Below, one piece after another: positions 49,926 through 60,091 of a DNA stretch of 64,000 nt. The notes under the pieces were generated by a model. That model saw only the letters and a list, made by a program, of their open reading frames with translations. It had not been told where the DNA came from and made no database searches. The stretch lies in contig CAVTNR010000012.1 in the NCBI GenBank assembly GCA_963736115.1, positions 224,001 to 288,000 of the forward strand, in the 5' to 3' direction. Every line of letters starts with the position of its first letter. The stretch's first letter is position 1. Both the position numbers and the translations under genes were made by a program. Source of the stretch: an uncultured bacterium (GTDB taxonomy: Bacteria; Zhuqueibacterota; QNDG01; DTFT01).

Positions 49926-51173
49926 ATGAAATGGCTCAGTAAAACCGGCCACCGCCCGTCCCTGGGCGGCCTGGAAATACTGAAATACATCGGCCCCGGC
50001 CTGCTCGTAACCGTGGGATTCATCGATCCCGGCAACTGGGCCTCCAATCTGGCCGCGGGCGCCTCGCACGGATACGCGCTCCTGTGGATGGTGACCCTGT
50101 CCACTCTGATGCTGATCGTCCTCCAGCACAACGTCGCCCATCTCGGCATCGCGAGCGGACTGTGCCTCTCCGAGGCGGCCACCCTCCACCTGCCGGCGGC
50201 CGTGTCCCGTCCCGTCCTCGTCTCGGCCGGCTTCGCCGCCGTTTCCACGGCTTTAGCCGAACTCCTGGGCGGCGCCATCGCCCTGAACATGCTGTTTCGC
50301 ATCCCCCTGCGGATCGGCGCCGCCGCGGTTTTCGCCCTGGTCCTCGTGATGCTGCTGACCAATTCCTACAAAAGGCTCGAGCGTTGGATCATCGGTTTCG
50401 TTTCCCTCATCGGCCTCGCGTTCGTTTACGAGCTCACGCTTGTGCGAATCCCCTGGGGCGAGGCAGCTTCCGGGTGGGTCACCCCCAGTCTGCCGGCCGG
50501 CTCCATCCCCATCGTGATGGCCGTACTCGGCGCGGTCGTCATGCCGCACAACCTCTTCCTGCATTCCGAGATCATCCAGAGCCGCCAATGGAACCTGGAG
50601 GATGACCGCGTCATTCATCGACAGCTGAAATACGAATTCGCCGACACCCTTCTTTCCATGATCGTCGGCTGGGCGATCAACAGCGCGATGATCCTGCTCG
50701 CCGCGGCGACGTTTTTCGGACGGGGTATTCCCGTCGACGAGCTTCAGCAGGCGGGCCGCATGCTCGAACCGCTCCTCGGTTCCGCCGCGTCGGCCGTGTT
50801 CGCCGTGGCCCTTCTGTTCGCCGGACTTTCATCCAGCATGACCGCCGCGCTGGCGGGCGGCTCCATCTTCGCCGGCGCCTTCGGCGAGCCCTACGACATT
50901 CGGGACACGCACACCCGCACCGGCGTGGTTCTCACGATGGCCGGCGCCCTGGCGGTCATTTTCTTCATCCGGGACCCCTTCAAGGGATTGATTTATTCGC
51001 AGATGGCGCTGAGCGTCCAGCTTCCGATCACGATTTTCACCCAGATCCGGCTGACCTCGTCTTCCGCCGTCATGGGCGGACACGTCAACACGAAGGCGAC
51101 CATCGGCCTGCTCCTGGCCATCGGTCTGCTCGTCACCGGCCTGAATGTCATGCTGCTGATCCATTATTTATAG
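49926..51173 (+). CDS. mntH: Nramp-family divalent metal (Mn2+) transporter
   Basis: GPGLLVTVGFIDPGNW, GAVVMPHNLFLHS, SQMALSVQLP. Confidence 0.92.
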   Translation: MKWLSKTGHRPSLGGLEILKYIGPGLLVTVGFIDPGNWASNLAAGASHGYALLWMVTLSTLMLIVLQHNVAHLGIASGLCLSEAATLHLPAAVSRPVLVSAGFAAVSTALAELLGGAIALNMLFRIPLRIGAAAVFALVLVMLLTNSYKRLERWIIGFVSLIGLAFVYELTLVRIPWGEAASGWVTPSLPAGSIPIVMAVLGAVVMPHNLFLHSEIIQSRQWNLEDDRVIHRQLKYEFADTLLSMIVGWAINSAMILLAAATFFGRGIPVDELQQAGRMLEPLLGSAASAVFAVALLFAGLSSSMTAALAGGSIFAGAFGEPYDIRDTHTRTGVVLTMAGALAVIFFIRDPFKGLIYSQMALSVQLPITIFTQIRLTSSSAVMGGHVNTKATIGLLLAIGLLVTGLNVMLLIHYL

Positions 51174-51258
51174 GAAACCGGACGGAGGACGGCGCGTCCC
51201 TTGAACGGCGGGACGGAAATGCGAACGTCCTCCGGCGACTGGAAAAATCGGCGGAGTC

Positions 51259-52893
51259 ATGAATTCCCCCCACGACGAAAAGCAACCGCGGGCTTCATCG
51301 GAGCGGCTGACCCGCGTTCTGGGCGCCCTGAACGAGTTGTCCAAGGCCCCGTCTTTGGACGTGTTGTGCCGCCGGGCCATGGAACTGGCCATCGACCGGC
51401 TGGGCTTCGACCGCATCGGCATATGCTTTCTGTCGGAAGACCATCAGACTGTGCTGGGCGTCTACGGGACGAATGAAGCCGGCCGCCTTCGGGATGAACG
51501 GCATCTGCGGCGGCCCCTCCGGACAACGCCCACCGTCAGGAAACTTCTTGACAACCCCGCGTCCGTTCTCTTCTTCGAAAACGAGGTCCTTTACAACGAC
51601 AAGGTGGAGAAGGTCGGAATCGGCGACCATGCGGTGGCCAGCCTCTGGAACGGCGAGGAAATCATCGGCATTCTCGCCGTGGATAACCTGATCCGCCGAA
51701 AACCCATCGACGGGCAGGATCTGGAAATCCTCGAATTGTACGCGACTGCGCTGGGGCATCTCTGCACGCTGAAAAGGACGGAAGAGGCGCTCCGGGACAG
51801 TGAGAGCCGCTTCCGCGCGCTTTTCGAGCAGGCGGCCGTGGGCGTGGCTCAAACCGAGGCGAATAGCGGTAAAATACTGAAGGTCAACCGCCGGTTCGGT
51901 TCCATCGTCGGATACTCGGCGGAGGAACTCCAGGGACGCGCCCTTGAGGAACTCGCCTTTCCCCCGAACCCGGAGGTTCGCGGGGCGGACCGGCGGTTTG
52001 TCATCAACGGCAAGTCGGGCGAACAATCCGAGGACGTGCAGATGCTCCACCGGGACGGAACGCCCGTCTGGGTTCATCTGACCTTGTCTGCGATGGAATC
52101 CGGCGATGCGGGTTCCCAATACAGCATTGCGGTGGCTCAGGACATCACCTCTCGCAAGCGGATGGAGGACCGGATCCGGACCGACATCCGGGAAAAAAAC
52201 ACGCTTCTTCAGGAAGTGCACCACCGGGTCAAAAACAACATGCAGATCATCGTAAGCCTGCTCAACCTCCAGGCGTCCCCGATGCACAATCATGGCCTCA
52301 GGGAAAGCTTCAAGGCCGTCACAAGCCGCATCCATTCCATGGCCCTGGTTCACGAGATGCTGTACCAGTCGAAGGATCTGTCCGTCGTTCTGTTTGACCA
52401 GTACATTGAACGTCTGGTGAAGGGCCTTTTCCATTCCTTCGGAGCCGATTCCGGTCGGATCGGACTGGAAATGAACCTGGAGCCGATTCCATTGAAGGTC
52501 GACCACGCCATCCCCTGCGGCCTGATCGTGCAGGAACTCGTCACCAACGCGTTGAAATACGCGTTCCCGGCCGGCTGGACCGGAAAACCGGTCATCCGGA
52601 TCGGTTTCGGTAGGGTGGATCAGGAAATCGAATTGAGCGTGGCCGATAACGGCATCGGAATGCCGGTCGTCACGGACATTGACGGCCTGAAATCGCTGGG
52701 CTTCAGGCTGATCCACATGCTGGGCCGGGTTCAACTGCACGGGACAATCCGGGTCGAAGGAACAGAAGGAACGCGGATCCGTCTGCGGTTCAAAGAGACG
52801 AAGAAGCGGGATGCCGCGTCCGGCCCCCGGTCTTCGCTCCCGGCTCCGGGACGTCCCGATCCTGCCGCCGGTAAAAGCCCGAAAGAATCCTGA
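51259..52893 (+). CDS. Soluble GAF-PAS sensor histidine kinase (HisKA_2 type)
   Basis: FRALFEQAAVG (PAS), LLQEVHHRVKNNMQI, ELVTNALKYAF, DNGIG, SLG. Confidence 0.9.
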   Translation: MNSPHDEKQPRASSERLTRVLGALNELSKAPSLDVLCRRAMELAIDRLGFDRIGICFLSEDHQTVLGVYGTNEAGRLRDERHLRRPLRTTPTVRKLLDNPASVLFFENEVLYNDKVEKVGIGDHAVASLWNGEEIIGILAVDNLIRRKPIDGQDLEILELYATALGHLCTLKRTEEALRDSESRFRALFEQAAVGVAQTEANSGKILKVNRRFGSIVGYSAEELQGRALEELAFPPNPEVRGADRRFVINGKSGEQSEDVQMLHRDGTPVWVHLTLSAMESGDAGSQYSIAVAQDITSRKRMEDRIRTDIREKNTLLQEVHHRVKNNMQIIVSLLNLQASPMHNHGLRESFKAVTSRIHSMALVHEMLYQSKDLSVVLFDQYIERLVKGLFHSFGADSGRIGLEMNLEPIPLKVDHAIPCGLIVQELVTNALKYAFPAGWTGKPVIRIGFGRVDQEIELSVADNGIGMPVVTDIDGLKSLGFRLIHMLGRVQLHGTIRVEGTEGTRIRLRFKETKKRDAASGPRSSLPAPGRPDPAAGKSPKES

Positions 52894-53387
52894 TGACGCA
52901 AGACGAGAAGAAGAACCGGATCAACGCCTTCGAAGAGGCGGCGGACGCTTTCGACGACATTCTCGGTCTTCCGCCGGAGATCCTGACCTTCCGGCCGTTC
53001 GAGGACGCCTGGACGATACACGAGCAGATCGTGCACTGCCTCGAGGTGGACGCGGCATTCTTTCACCGCTATCGCAGGGCCGTGGCACAGCCTGAAACCG
53101 AGGTTCTCGGCTTCGACCAGTCATGGACCGCGGCCCTGGATTATCACAGCCATGATCTCCGCGCCTCCCTCCAGCTCATCCAGGCGCTCCGCCGCTACAT
53201 GGCCGCTCACCTGAGAACTCTGGTTCAACGGGACTGGACCCAACTGGCCTATGTACACTCACAATCGGGCCGCATGGATCTGGAAAAGGGCCTCGCGGCC
53301 GTCATCGAGCACGTCCGTTTCCACCGCGAGTTGATCGACCGCAACCTGGGTTTATGGGATCAAACGACCGGAGTAAAACATGGCTGA
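52893..53387 (+). CDS. DinB-family protein
   Basis: AWTIHEQIVH, FDQSW, HVRFH. Confidence 0.8.
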   Translation: MTQDEKKNRINAFEEAADAFDDILGLPPEILTFRPFEDAWTIHEQIVHCLEVDAAFFHRYRRAVAQPETEVLGFDQSWTAALDYHSHDLRASLQLIQALRRYMAAHLRTLVQRDWTQLAYVHSQSGRMDLEKGLAAVIEHVRFHRELIDRNLGLWDQTTGVKHG

Positions 53388-55527
53388 AAAGAAAAAAACC
53401 GCCGAACCCGCCTTCAGGCCCTTCATTCCCGCCGACCGGACGCCGCCCGAATTCACGCTGAAGGCCGTGGTGCTGGGCGTGCTGCTCGGCCTTCTGTTCA
53501 GCGCCGTGACGGTTTACCTCGGCCTGCGCGCGGGTCTGACCATTGCGGTGAACATCCCCATCTCGATCACGGCCATTGCGGTGTTCAGCGCCCTGTCCCG
53601 CGCGGGTCTCTCAAAAAAAGCGTCCGTGCTCGAGATCAACACGGTGCAGACCGTGGGCGCGGCCGGAGAATCCATCGCGGCGGGCGTGATTTTCACTTTG
53701 CCCGCCCTCTTCTTCCTGGGATTCGTGCTCGACGCGAGCCGCATCTTCATCGTCGCACTCGCCGGCGGACTGCTCGGCGTCTGCTATCTCGTGCCCCTGA
53801 GACGCTACCTGATCGAGAAGGAGCACGGCATTCTGCCCTATCCGGAGGGCGTGGCTTGCGCGGAGGTGATCAAGTCGGGCGCAGCGGGCGGGTCCCGCGC
53901 GGCCAAGGTACTCTGGGGTTCCACTGCCGGATTCGTCTACAAGCTCGCCATGGGCGGCGGCCGTTTCTGGAAGGAAATTCCGGAATGGAAGCCGAAATGG
54001 TTCCCCGGCTCGACCTTCAATGCCGAGATCTCGCCCGAGCTTCTCGGTGTCGGGTACATCATCGGCCCGAAAACCGCCTCCATCATGGTCGCGGGCGGCT
54101 TTCTCTCCTGGGTTCTGCTCATTCCCATGATCAAGTTCTTCGGCGCGGCCATTCCGATGACGCTGGATCAAGGCGGCGAACTCGTCCAGACCACGGTCGG
54201 CGCTCTGACCGACGACCGCATCCTCTGGCGGCAGTACATCCGGTATATCGGCGCGGGCGCCGTGGTGGCCGGCGGATTCATCAATCTCTTCCGCGCGTTC
54301 CCGACCATCGTGGGGTCTTTCCGCGGTTCGGTGAAGGACATGCGCAGGTCCGGCGGCAAAAAAACCGCCGTGGAACGCACCAGCCTGGATCTGCCCCTCG
54401 GAACCGTGTTCACGGGCGTGGCCGTCGCGGTCGCGGGCATCTGGTTCCTGCTCATGGCCGTGATCAATCCCGGCCACGCGCTCGGCAACGCGGTTTCGGC
54501 CCTGCTCATCGCGGTGTTCGGATTCTTCTTCGCCACGGTCTCGTCCCGCCTCGTGGGCGAAATCGGGGTTTCGTCGAATCCGACTTCGGGCATGACCATC
54601 GCCACGCTCATGGCCACCTGCCTGGTCTTCCTCGCGGTCGGTTGGACGGGCGGCGCGTACGCCGCGGTCGCGCTCTCGGTCGGCGCGGTGGTCTGCATCT
54701 GCGCCTCGAACGCGGGCAACGTGGCCCAGAGCCTGAAAACCGGGTTCCTGCTCGGGTGTACGCCGAAGAAGCAGGAAATCGGGTACGCCCTCGGCGCCCT
54801 TTCCTCGATCGCGGTGGTCGGGTTCACGGTCCTGGCCGTGAACAAGGCCTACACGACATTCGAACCCGTCGCGTCGCTTCCGCCAACGGCCGTCGTCGAG
54901 AGGACCGCGGTCCGCGGGGAACAGACCTTCGACGTGTACGCGGATCCCGCCTCAGGCGAAAAGTTCTGGATAAACCGGACGGACGGCTCCGTCCGCCGCG
55001 AACAACCCGGCATCGGTTCGGACAAACTGCCCGCGCCCCAGGCCCGTCTCATGGCCACCGTGATCGACGGCGTCCTGGCCAAAAAACTGCCGTGGGCGCT
55101 CATTCTCATGGGCATCGCGCTGACCCTCACCGTGGAGCTGTGCGGGGTGCGCGGACTGCCGTTTGCCGTAGGCGTGTACCTGCCGCTTTCCACATCCGCC
55201 CCGATCTTTTTCGGCGGCCTGATCCGATGGCTGGTGGACCGCCGCTCCGGACGGGGGAAAACGCAGGACGAGAGCGGTCCCGGCATGCTCTACGCATCCG
55301 GTCTGATCGCGGGCGGCGCGGTAGCGGGCCTTCTGCTGGCCGCGGCCGCTGGAATCGGAGCAGGAGCGGATTCCGCGACCGGAGCCGAACTCACATTCGC
55401 GGACAGGATGGCGGTCGGGGAAAAATGGCTGAATGGACTTTTGTCGAACGGGGACGGGCTGTCCATGCTCATTTTCATCGGGCTCTGCGTTTCGCTCGGC
55501 TTCATCGGATGGCCGAGGAAGAAATAG
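53380..55527 (+). CDS. OPT-family oligopeptide transporter
   Basis: EFTLKAV, YLGLRAG, YPEGVACAEV, SSNPTSGMTIATL, LKTGFLLG-TPKKQ, PAPQARLMA, FAVGVYLP. Confidence 0.92.
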   Translation: MAEKKKTAEPAFRPFIPADRTPPEFTLKAVVLGVLLGLLFSAVTVYLGLRAGLTIAVNIPISITAIAVFSALSRAGLSKKASVLEINTVQTVGAAGESIAAGVIFTLPALFFLGFVLDASRIFIVALAGGLLGVCYLVPLRRYLIEKEHGILPYPEGVACAEVIKSGAAGGSRAAKVLWGSTAGFVYKLAMGGGRFWKEIPEWKPKWFPGSTFNAEISPELLGVGYIIGPKTASIMVAGGFLSWVLLIPMIKFFGAAIPMTLDQGGELVQTTVGALTDDRILWRQYIRYIGAGAVVAGGFINLFRAFPTIVGSFRGSVKDMRRSGGKKTAVERTSLDLPLGTVFTGVAVAVAGIWFLLMAVINPGHALGNAVSALLIAVFGFFFATVSSRLVGEIGVSSNPTSGMTIATLMATCLVFLAVGWTGGAYAAVALSVGAVVCICASNAGNVAQSLKTGFLLGCTPKKQEIGYALGALSSIAVVGFTVLAVNKAYTTFEPVASLPPTAVVERTAVRGEQTFDVYADPASGEKFWINRTDGSVRREQPGIGSDKLPAPQARLMATVIDGVLAKKLPWALILMGIALTLTVELCGVRGLPFAVGVYLPLSTSAPIFFGGLIRWLVDRRSGRGKTQDESGPGMLYASGLIAGGAVAGLLLAAAAGIGAGADSATGAELTFADRMAVGEKWLNGLLSNGDGLSMLIFIGLCVSLGFIGWPRKK

Positions 55528-55542
55528 CGTGATTTTTCTGAG

Positions 55543-55598
55543 GTAGCCGCAACCTTTAGGTTGCGTCTTAACATGCGCAGCCTGAAGGCTGCGGCTAC
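55543..55598. repeat. REPIN-like inverted doublet of GTAG-type REPs
   Basis: GTAGCCGCAACCTTTAGGTTGCG ... GCGCAGCCTGAAGGCTGCGGCTAC; right arm identical to 28119-28142. Confidence 0.8.
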
Positions 55599-55637
55599 CG
55601 GACATTCTCAGGCCGTAATCTCTCCCCGGGAACAACC

Positions 55638-56375
55638 ATGACCCATCCCCTTATCCTCAAAATCCGCGCAGACCTGAAGAAAAACGCGGATCCCGGGGTC
55701 GAACAAAGCACCCGGCGGTTTTTCAAGGAAGGCATCTCCTGCTACGGCGTGAAGACGGCCGTCGTGTACCGCATCGCCGGCGTTCATTGGAAGCAGGCGA
55801 AGGACCTGTCCCGTAAGGATATCTACAGCCTGTGCGAGGATCTGCTCAAGTCCGGAAATCAGGAGGAGACGTTCATCGTCTGCGACTGGGTTCCCAGGCT
55901 CGCGGCAACCTTCGAGAGAAACGATCTTCGCCTTTTCAAGAAATGGATAAGCCGGTACGTCGACAACTGGGCGAAATGCGACTGTTTCTGCAACCATACC
56001 ATGGGCGATTTCGTGGTCCGGTTCCCGGACAGCGCTCCTGAAATCAAGTCCTGGACACGCTCGCCGAACCGCTGGATGAAACGCGCCGCGGCCGTGACCT
56101 TCATCCTGCCCTGCCGGCGGGGCGGGTTCCTGTCCGACGCGTTCGAAATCGCGGACGCGCTCATCGAGGACCCGGACGACCTGGTGCAGAAGGGATACGG
56201 CTGGCTCCTGAAGGAAGCCAGCCGGCTGCATCGGGCGGAGGTTTTTGCTTTTGTCCTGAAACGCCGGGACCGTATGCCCCGCACCGCGCTCCGGTATGCC
56301 ATCGAACTCATGCCCCCGGCCATGAAAAAAGAGGCGATGCAAAAATCACCGTCCCGCCGGGCACCGCAGGTTTAA
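55638..56375 (+). CDS. DNA alkylation repair protein (AlkD-like)
   Basis: YVDNWAKCD, NRWMKRAAAV, DLVQKGYGWLLKE, MPRTALRYAIE. Confidence 0.88.
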   Translation: MTHPLILKIRADLKKNADPGVEQSTRRFFKEGISCYGVKTAVVYRIAGVHWKQAKDLSRKDIYSLCEDLLKSGNQEETFIVCDWVPRLAATFERNDLRLFKKWISRYVDNWAKCDCFCNHTMGDFVVRFPDSAPEIKSWTRSPNRWMKRAAAVTFILPCRRGGFLSDAFEIADALIEDPDDLVQKGYGWLLKEASRLHRAEVFAFVLKRRDRMPRTALRYAIELMPPAMKKEAMQKSPSRRAPQV

Positions 56376-56499
56376 TAAACCCCGGGCCCTTTGCGATTCT
56401 TCTTAAAAAACCGTTTCCCTTTTCCCCCTTCCTTTGGTAAATTATCCGCATACCGGACAGGCCGGACAACGGCCGCATCATCCTCATGAGGAAACCGCC

Positions 56500-57597
56500 A
56501 TGCCCATTGAAATCAGACCCGCATCCGAATGCCGCTGGGACGTCCTGTCTCTCGGAGAAGTCATGCTCCGCCTGGATCCCGGGGAAGGCCGCATCCACAC
56601 CGCGCGCGCATTCCGGGTGTGGGAAGGCGGCGGCGAGTACAATGTGGCCAGGGGCCTCCGGCGATGTTTCGGCCTCCGGGCGGCCGTGGCGACCGCTTTC
56701 GCGGACAATCCCGTCGGCCGCCTGCTGGAGGATTTCATCCTGCAGGGCGGAGTGGACGCCTCTCTGATCCGCTGGATGCCGTTCGACAGCGTGGGCCGCA
56801 AGAACCGGAACGGTCTGAATTTCACGGAAAAGGGTTTCGGCGTACGCGGGGCCCTGGGCTGTTCGGACCGGGGCCACACCGCCGCGTCCCAGCTCAAAAA
56901 GGGGGATTTCGACTGGGACCGGATTTTCGGGGAATGGGGCGTGCGCTGGTTCCACACCGGCGGCATATTCGCGGGGCTCTCGGAAACCACGGCCGGACTG
57001 GTCGAGGAGGCCATGGAATCGGCCCGCAGGCACGGCACGATCGTCTCGTACGATCTGAATTACCGGGCTTCTCTGTGGAAGGACGTGGGCGGCCCGGCCA
57101 AGGCGCAGGAAGTCAACCGACGCCTGGCTTCTTTAGTGGACGTGATGATCGGCAATGAGGAGGATTTCACTGCCTGTCTGGGACTCGCGGTGGAAGGAGT
57201 GGACGAAAACCTGACGGCTTTGGACCCGGCCAATTTCAAGAAGATGATCGGCCGGGCGCTGAAGGACCACCCGCATTTCAAGGCCGTGGCCACCACTTTG
57301 CGCGCGGTCAAGACCGCGACGGTCAATGACTGGGGCGCCGTGGCCTGGGTGGACGGCGCATTCCACGAATCGGCCCGGCGGACGGACATGGAAATCTTCG
57401 ACCGGGTCGGAGGCGGGGACAGCTTTGCATCCGGATTCATTTACGGTCTGATGGAATTGAAGGACGGGAAGAAGGCGGTGGAATACGGGGCCGCGCACGG
57501 CGCCCTGGCCATGACCACGCCGGGCGACACGTCCATGGCGACGCTGAAGGAAGTGGAAAAGGTTGCGGCAGGCGGGAGCGTGCGGGTGGTGAGGTGA
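56500..57597 (+). CDS. kdgK: PfkB-family sugar kinase, 2-dehydro-3-deoxygluconokinase-like
   Basis: LGEVMLRLDP, GGGEYNVA, SYDLNYR-SLW, GNEEDF, DRVGGGDSFASG, TTPGD. Confidence 0.85.
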   Translation: MPIEIRPASECRWDVLSLGEVMLRLDPGEGRIHTARAFRVWEGGGEYNVARGLRRCFGLRAAVATAFADNPVGRLLEDFILQGGVDASLIRWMPFDSVGRKNRNGLNFTEKGFGVRGALGCSDRGHTAASQLKKGDFDWDRIFGEWGVRWFHTGGIFAGLSETTAGLVEEAMESARRHGTIVSYDLNYRASLWKDVGGPAKAQEVNRRLASLVDVMIGNEEDFTACLGLAVEGVDENLTALDPANFKKMIGRALKDHPHFKAVATTLRAVKTATVNDWGAVAWVDGAFHESARRTDMEIFDRVGGGDSFASGFIYGLMELKDGKKAVEYGAAHGALAMTTPGDTSMATLKEVEKVAAGGSVRVVR

Positions 57598-57650
57598 TCG
57601 CCCTCTTTAGAGAGCATCTTTAAAAATAACAATCGAAAAGTCCCTGGTTC

Positions 57651-57845
57651 ATGTCATCCCCGCGGAAGCGGGGATCCAGTCTTGTTTCTCATTTTTCAAT
57701 CAAACAGAAAGTCCCTCTTTTTGTTCAATTAATAAATCCCGACGGATTCTACGTTCAGGAAGACGTTTAATTATTTTTTAAAAAATTATGTTTTAATGTT
57801 TAACTTTATACAGGGAATGGATCCCCGCTTCCGCGGGGATGACAT
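57651..57845. mobile_element. MITE/REP-doublet-like element with perfect 28-bp terminal inverted repeats and AT-rich core
   Basis: ATGTCATCCCCGCGGAAGCGGGGATCCA (57651-57678) and its exact reverse complement (57818-57845). Confidence 0.7.
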
Positions 57846-57876
57846 ACGTCTTTTCACGCTAGCCAGTCATCCATCG

Positions 57877-58224
57877 TCAATGCTTTTCTCTGAGCGCCCT
57901 CACCACCCCCACCAGCCCCAGAATCCACCCCGCCGGGTACGGCAGAATCGTCAACGCCCACCACATGGAATGCCCGGTGCTTCCTCCAAACCCTCCAATC
58001 GCGCTGACCCCGAACATGACTGCGACTCCGAAAACGACAAGTCCCAGCGCCCAGGCAAGGATTTTCCGGTGACGACTTTTCCCGAGCACAGACCCGGTCA
58101 GCGCCAGCGCAGCGCCGATCACGATGACAACGGAACCCTCCAGCGGATCCACGGCTCCGATCAGCATGAGAATCAGGCCTGTCCACAGCAGGACGCGATA
58201 GATGACCGGCTTGTTTTTCATCAT
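57877..58224 (-). CDS. Small membrane protein (about 4 TM)
   Basis: MMKNK...GAVDPLEGS...LPYPAGW; AAGGGAG RBS. Confidence 0.7.
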   Translation of the reverse strand: MMKNKPVIYRVLLWTGLILMLIGAVDPLEGSVVIVIGAALALTGSVLGKSRHRKILAWALGLVVFGVAVMFGVSAIGGFGGSTGHSMWWALTILPYPAGWILGLVGVVRALREKH

Positions 58225-58243
58225 CACTCCCTTCGGTGAACGA

Positions 58244-59488
58244 TCACTTGACCCAGGAGGCGCTGGGATTCGGTCCCGACTCCCCGAACACAAACCGCAG
58301 GGCCCCGCCGACATGGGCCCGCCAGGAACCCCAGGAGTGGCCTTCGTGAAATTCAGCGGTCCGAACCCGTGCCCCGCGTTCGGATAGAAGCAGGGCGACC
58401 GTCCTGTTGAGTTCCGGTATCTCGGGTTCGTATGTCCCCCAGTCCAGGGAAACCCTGCCCGAAACGGAGCCAACCTTCCGGACCCTGTCCACCATCGCCG
58501 CCTGATCCACCCAGAACGCGCCGGACTGGGACACGCACAAACCGAATACGTCCGGATGGGACAGATACGTATCCAGGGCGGTCAGGCCTCCCAGCGAGGC
58601 CCCGAGTATGGCGCGTCCGGAGGGCGACCGGACGATGGGATACCGGTCCTCGATCCACGGCACCAGTTCAAGCGCGAGCATCCGTTCGTATTCCGGATTC
58701 GCCCAATACTCACGGTTGCGGTCCAGGGGATTGACAAAAACCGCGATCATCGGCGGAATGGCATGCGCACGGATGAGTTTGTCCAAAATGTTCCGCATGG
58801 AGCCGAGCGTGATGTACTCCCCGCCGTCTGTCACGAGCAGAAGCGGGAAGGCGCCGCAGGCCTGATTCCGGTCGTCCGGCGGGAGATAAACAAACACCGC
58901 CCTTTCGTTCCCGAGGGAGGGGCTCCTGAAAACGAGCGAATCCAGAGACCCGTGCGGGATCGAAAGATCGTACGCGATCTCCGGCTGGGAAGAGTACCCT
59001 GGCATGGCGATCTCGGAATTCGGCCCGAATCCGCCCGTACACGTCCTGGGATTCAGGGGATCGAGGATCCAATCCTTCCCGTCCACGCAGTATTTGTAAT
59101 CAAGACGGGCGTCCGGTTCGAACCGCTCGGGCCGGACGAACAGCCCGGTGCCCGGAATGGGGCGCAGGGTGTCCCGCACCGGATGCCACCGGTTGAAATC
59201 CCCGGACAGTACAACGGATTTCGCCGAATCGCTCCGAAAGACGAACCAGGCCGTGTCGCCCCGTACGATCGGGAAGGAAACGCCGGATCCGGGCCGGAGC
59301 AGGCTGTCCGCCGCGGCCTTGCGGTCTTTCTCCGGAAGCCGCTCCAGGCGACGGATCGGATTTTCCGTGCATTGCCCCTGAAGCGGGGATGCCGTAAACA
59401 GAAAACCGGATAGCGCTGCATAGGCCGCAAGGCACGCGAACGGAAAGGATTTTTTATCCCAGCGGCAGGACCGGGATATTCTATTCAT
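58244..59488 (-). CDS. Secreted enterochelin-esterase-like alpha/beta hydrolase with CBM48-like N-terminal domain
   Basis: VLSGDFNRW, DYKY...DPLNP, VYLPP, GASLGG, SQSGAF, EGHSWGSW. Confidence 0.85.
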   Translation of the reverse strand: MNRISRSCRWDKKSFPFACLAAYAALSGFLFTASPLQGQCTENPIRRLERLPEKDRKAAADSLLRPGSGVSFPIVRGDTAWFVFRSDSAKSVVLSGDFNRWHPVRDTLRPIPGTGLFVRPERFEPDARLDYKYCVDGKDWILDPLNPRTCTGGFGPNSEIAMPGYSSQPEIAYDLSIPHGSLDSLVFRSPSLGNERAVFVYLPPDDRNQACGAFPLLLVTDGGEYITLGSMRNILDKLIRAHAIPPMIAVFVNPLDRNREYWANPEYERMLALELVPWIEDRYPIVRSPSGRAILGASLGGLTALDTYLSHPDVFGLCVSQSGAFWVDQAAMVDRVRKVGSVSGRVSLDWGTYEPEIPELNRTVALLLSERGARVRTAEFHEGHSWGSWRAHVGGALRFVFGESGPNPSASWVK

Positions 59489-59626
59489 TAATCCTCCTGC
59501 TCCACCGGACCCCTGCGAAGCCGCGTGGTTCGAACCGTGATCGGTCGTTCAAGTGGTCTGCTGGCCTAAAGGATCTCCCTCCCCCTGGATGCCCGATAGA
59601 AAATTTCGGGCATGACACCTCCCCCA

Positions 59627-60064
59627 TCATATCATTTCCTCGATGATTTTCACCACGTCCAGCACAACCGGTTCGCATTTCTCCTTGAACAGCATTTTCT
59701 CCCGCGCGGCCTTGAGCCCAGCCTCATTCGTGATGTCCGCGCCGAGCAGGCGGTAACATTCCACGCTCCCGTATTTTTCCTCGATCCGGTCGACCAGACG
59801 CCGCACCTTGGAATAGACGAGCAACTGTCCGCCGCGGATGTCGTCCGGCGTGAAAAACCTCGCGCCCAGTACCATCATGCCGCCGGTCACTGCGCCGCAG
59901 GTTTTTTGGAGCGCCCCCATGCCGGCGCCGAATCCCGACGCGACAGCCCACGCCGTTTTCTCGTCCAGGCTGAGCGTCGGCGCGAAAACCGAAAACACCG
60001 ATTGACTGCAGTTATAACCGCCGCGGAAAAGACGGATCACTTTTTCTTCCCTGGTTTCGGACAT
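59627..60064 (-). CDS. C-GCAxxG-C-C family putative redox protein
   Basis: YNCSQSV, GFGAGMG, TCGAVTGG, SVEC, KC. Confidence 0.88.
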   Translation of the reverse strand: MSETREEKVIRLFRGGYNCSQSVFSVFAPTLSLDEKTAWAVASGFGAGMGALQKTCGAVTGGMMVLGARFFTPDDIRGGQLLVYSKVRRLVDRIEEKYGSVECYRLLGADITNEAGLKAAREKMLFKEKCEPVVLDVVKIIEEMI

Positions 60065-60091
60065 GGAATCCTCTCCCGGCTTCCGCCGTCC

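Noticed and set aside
51259-52893. Orphan histidine kinase without an adjacent response regulator
   Set aside because: Common for soluble HisKA_2 kinases, and nothing in the sequence links it to the sigma54 unit.
59627-60064. Possible selenoprotein in the C-GCAxxG-C-C family
   Set aside because: All motif positions are Cys codons and there is no in-frame TGA.
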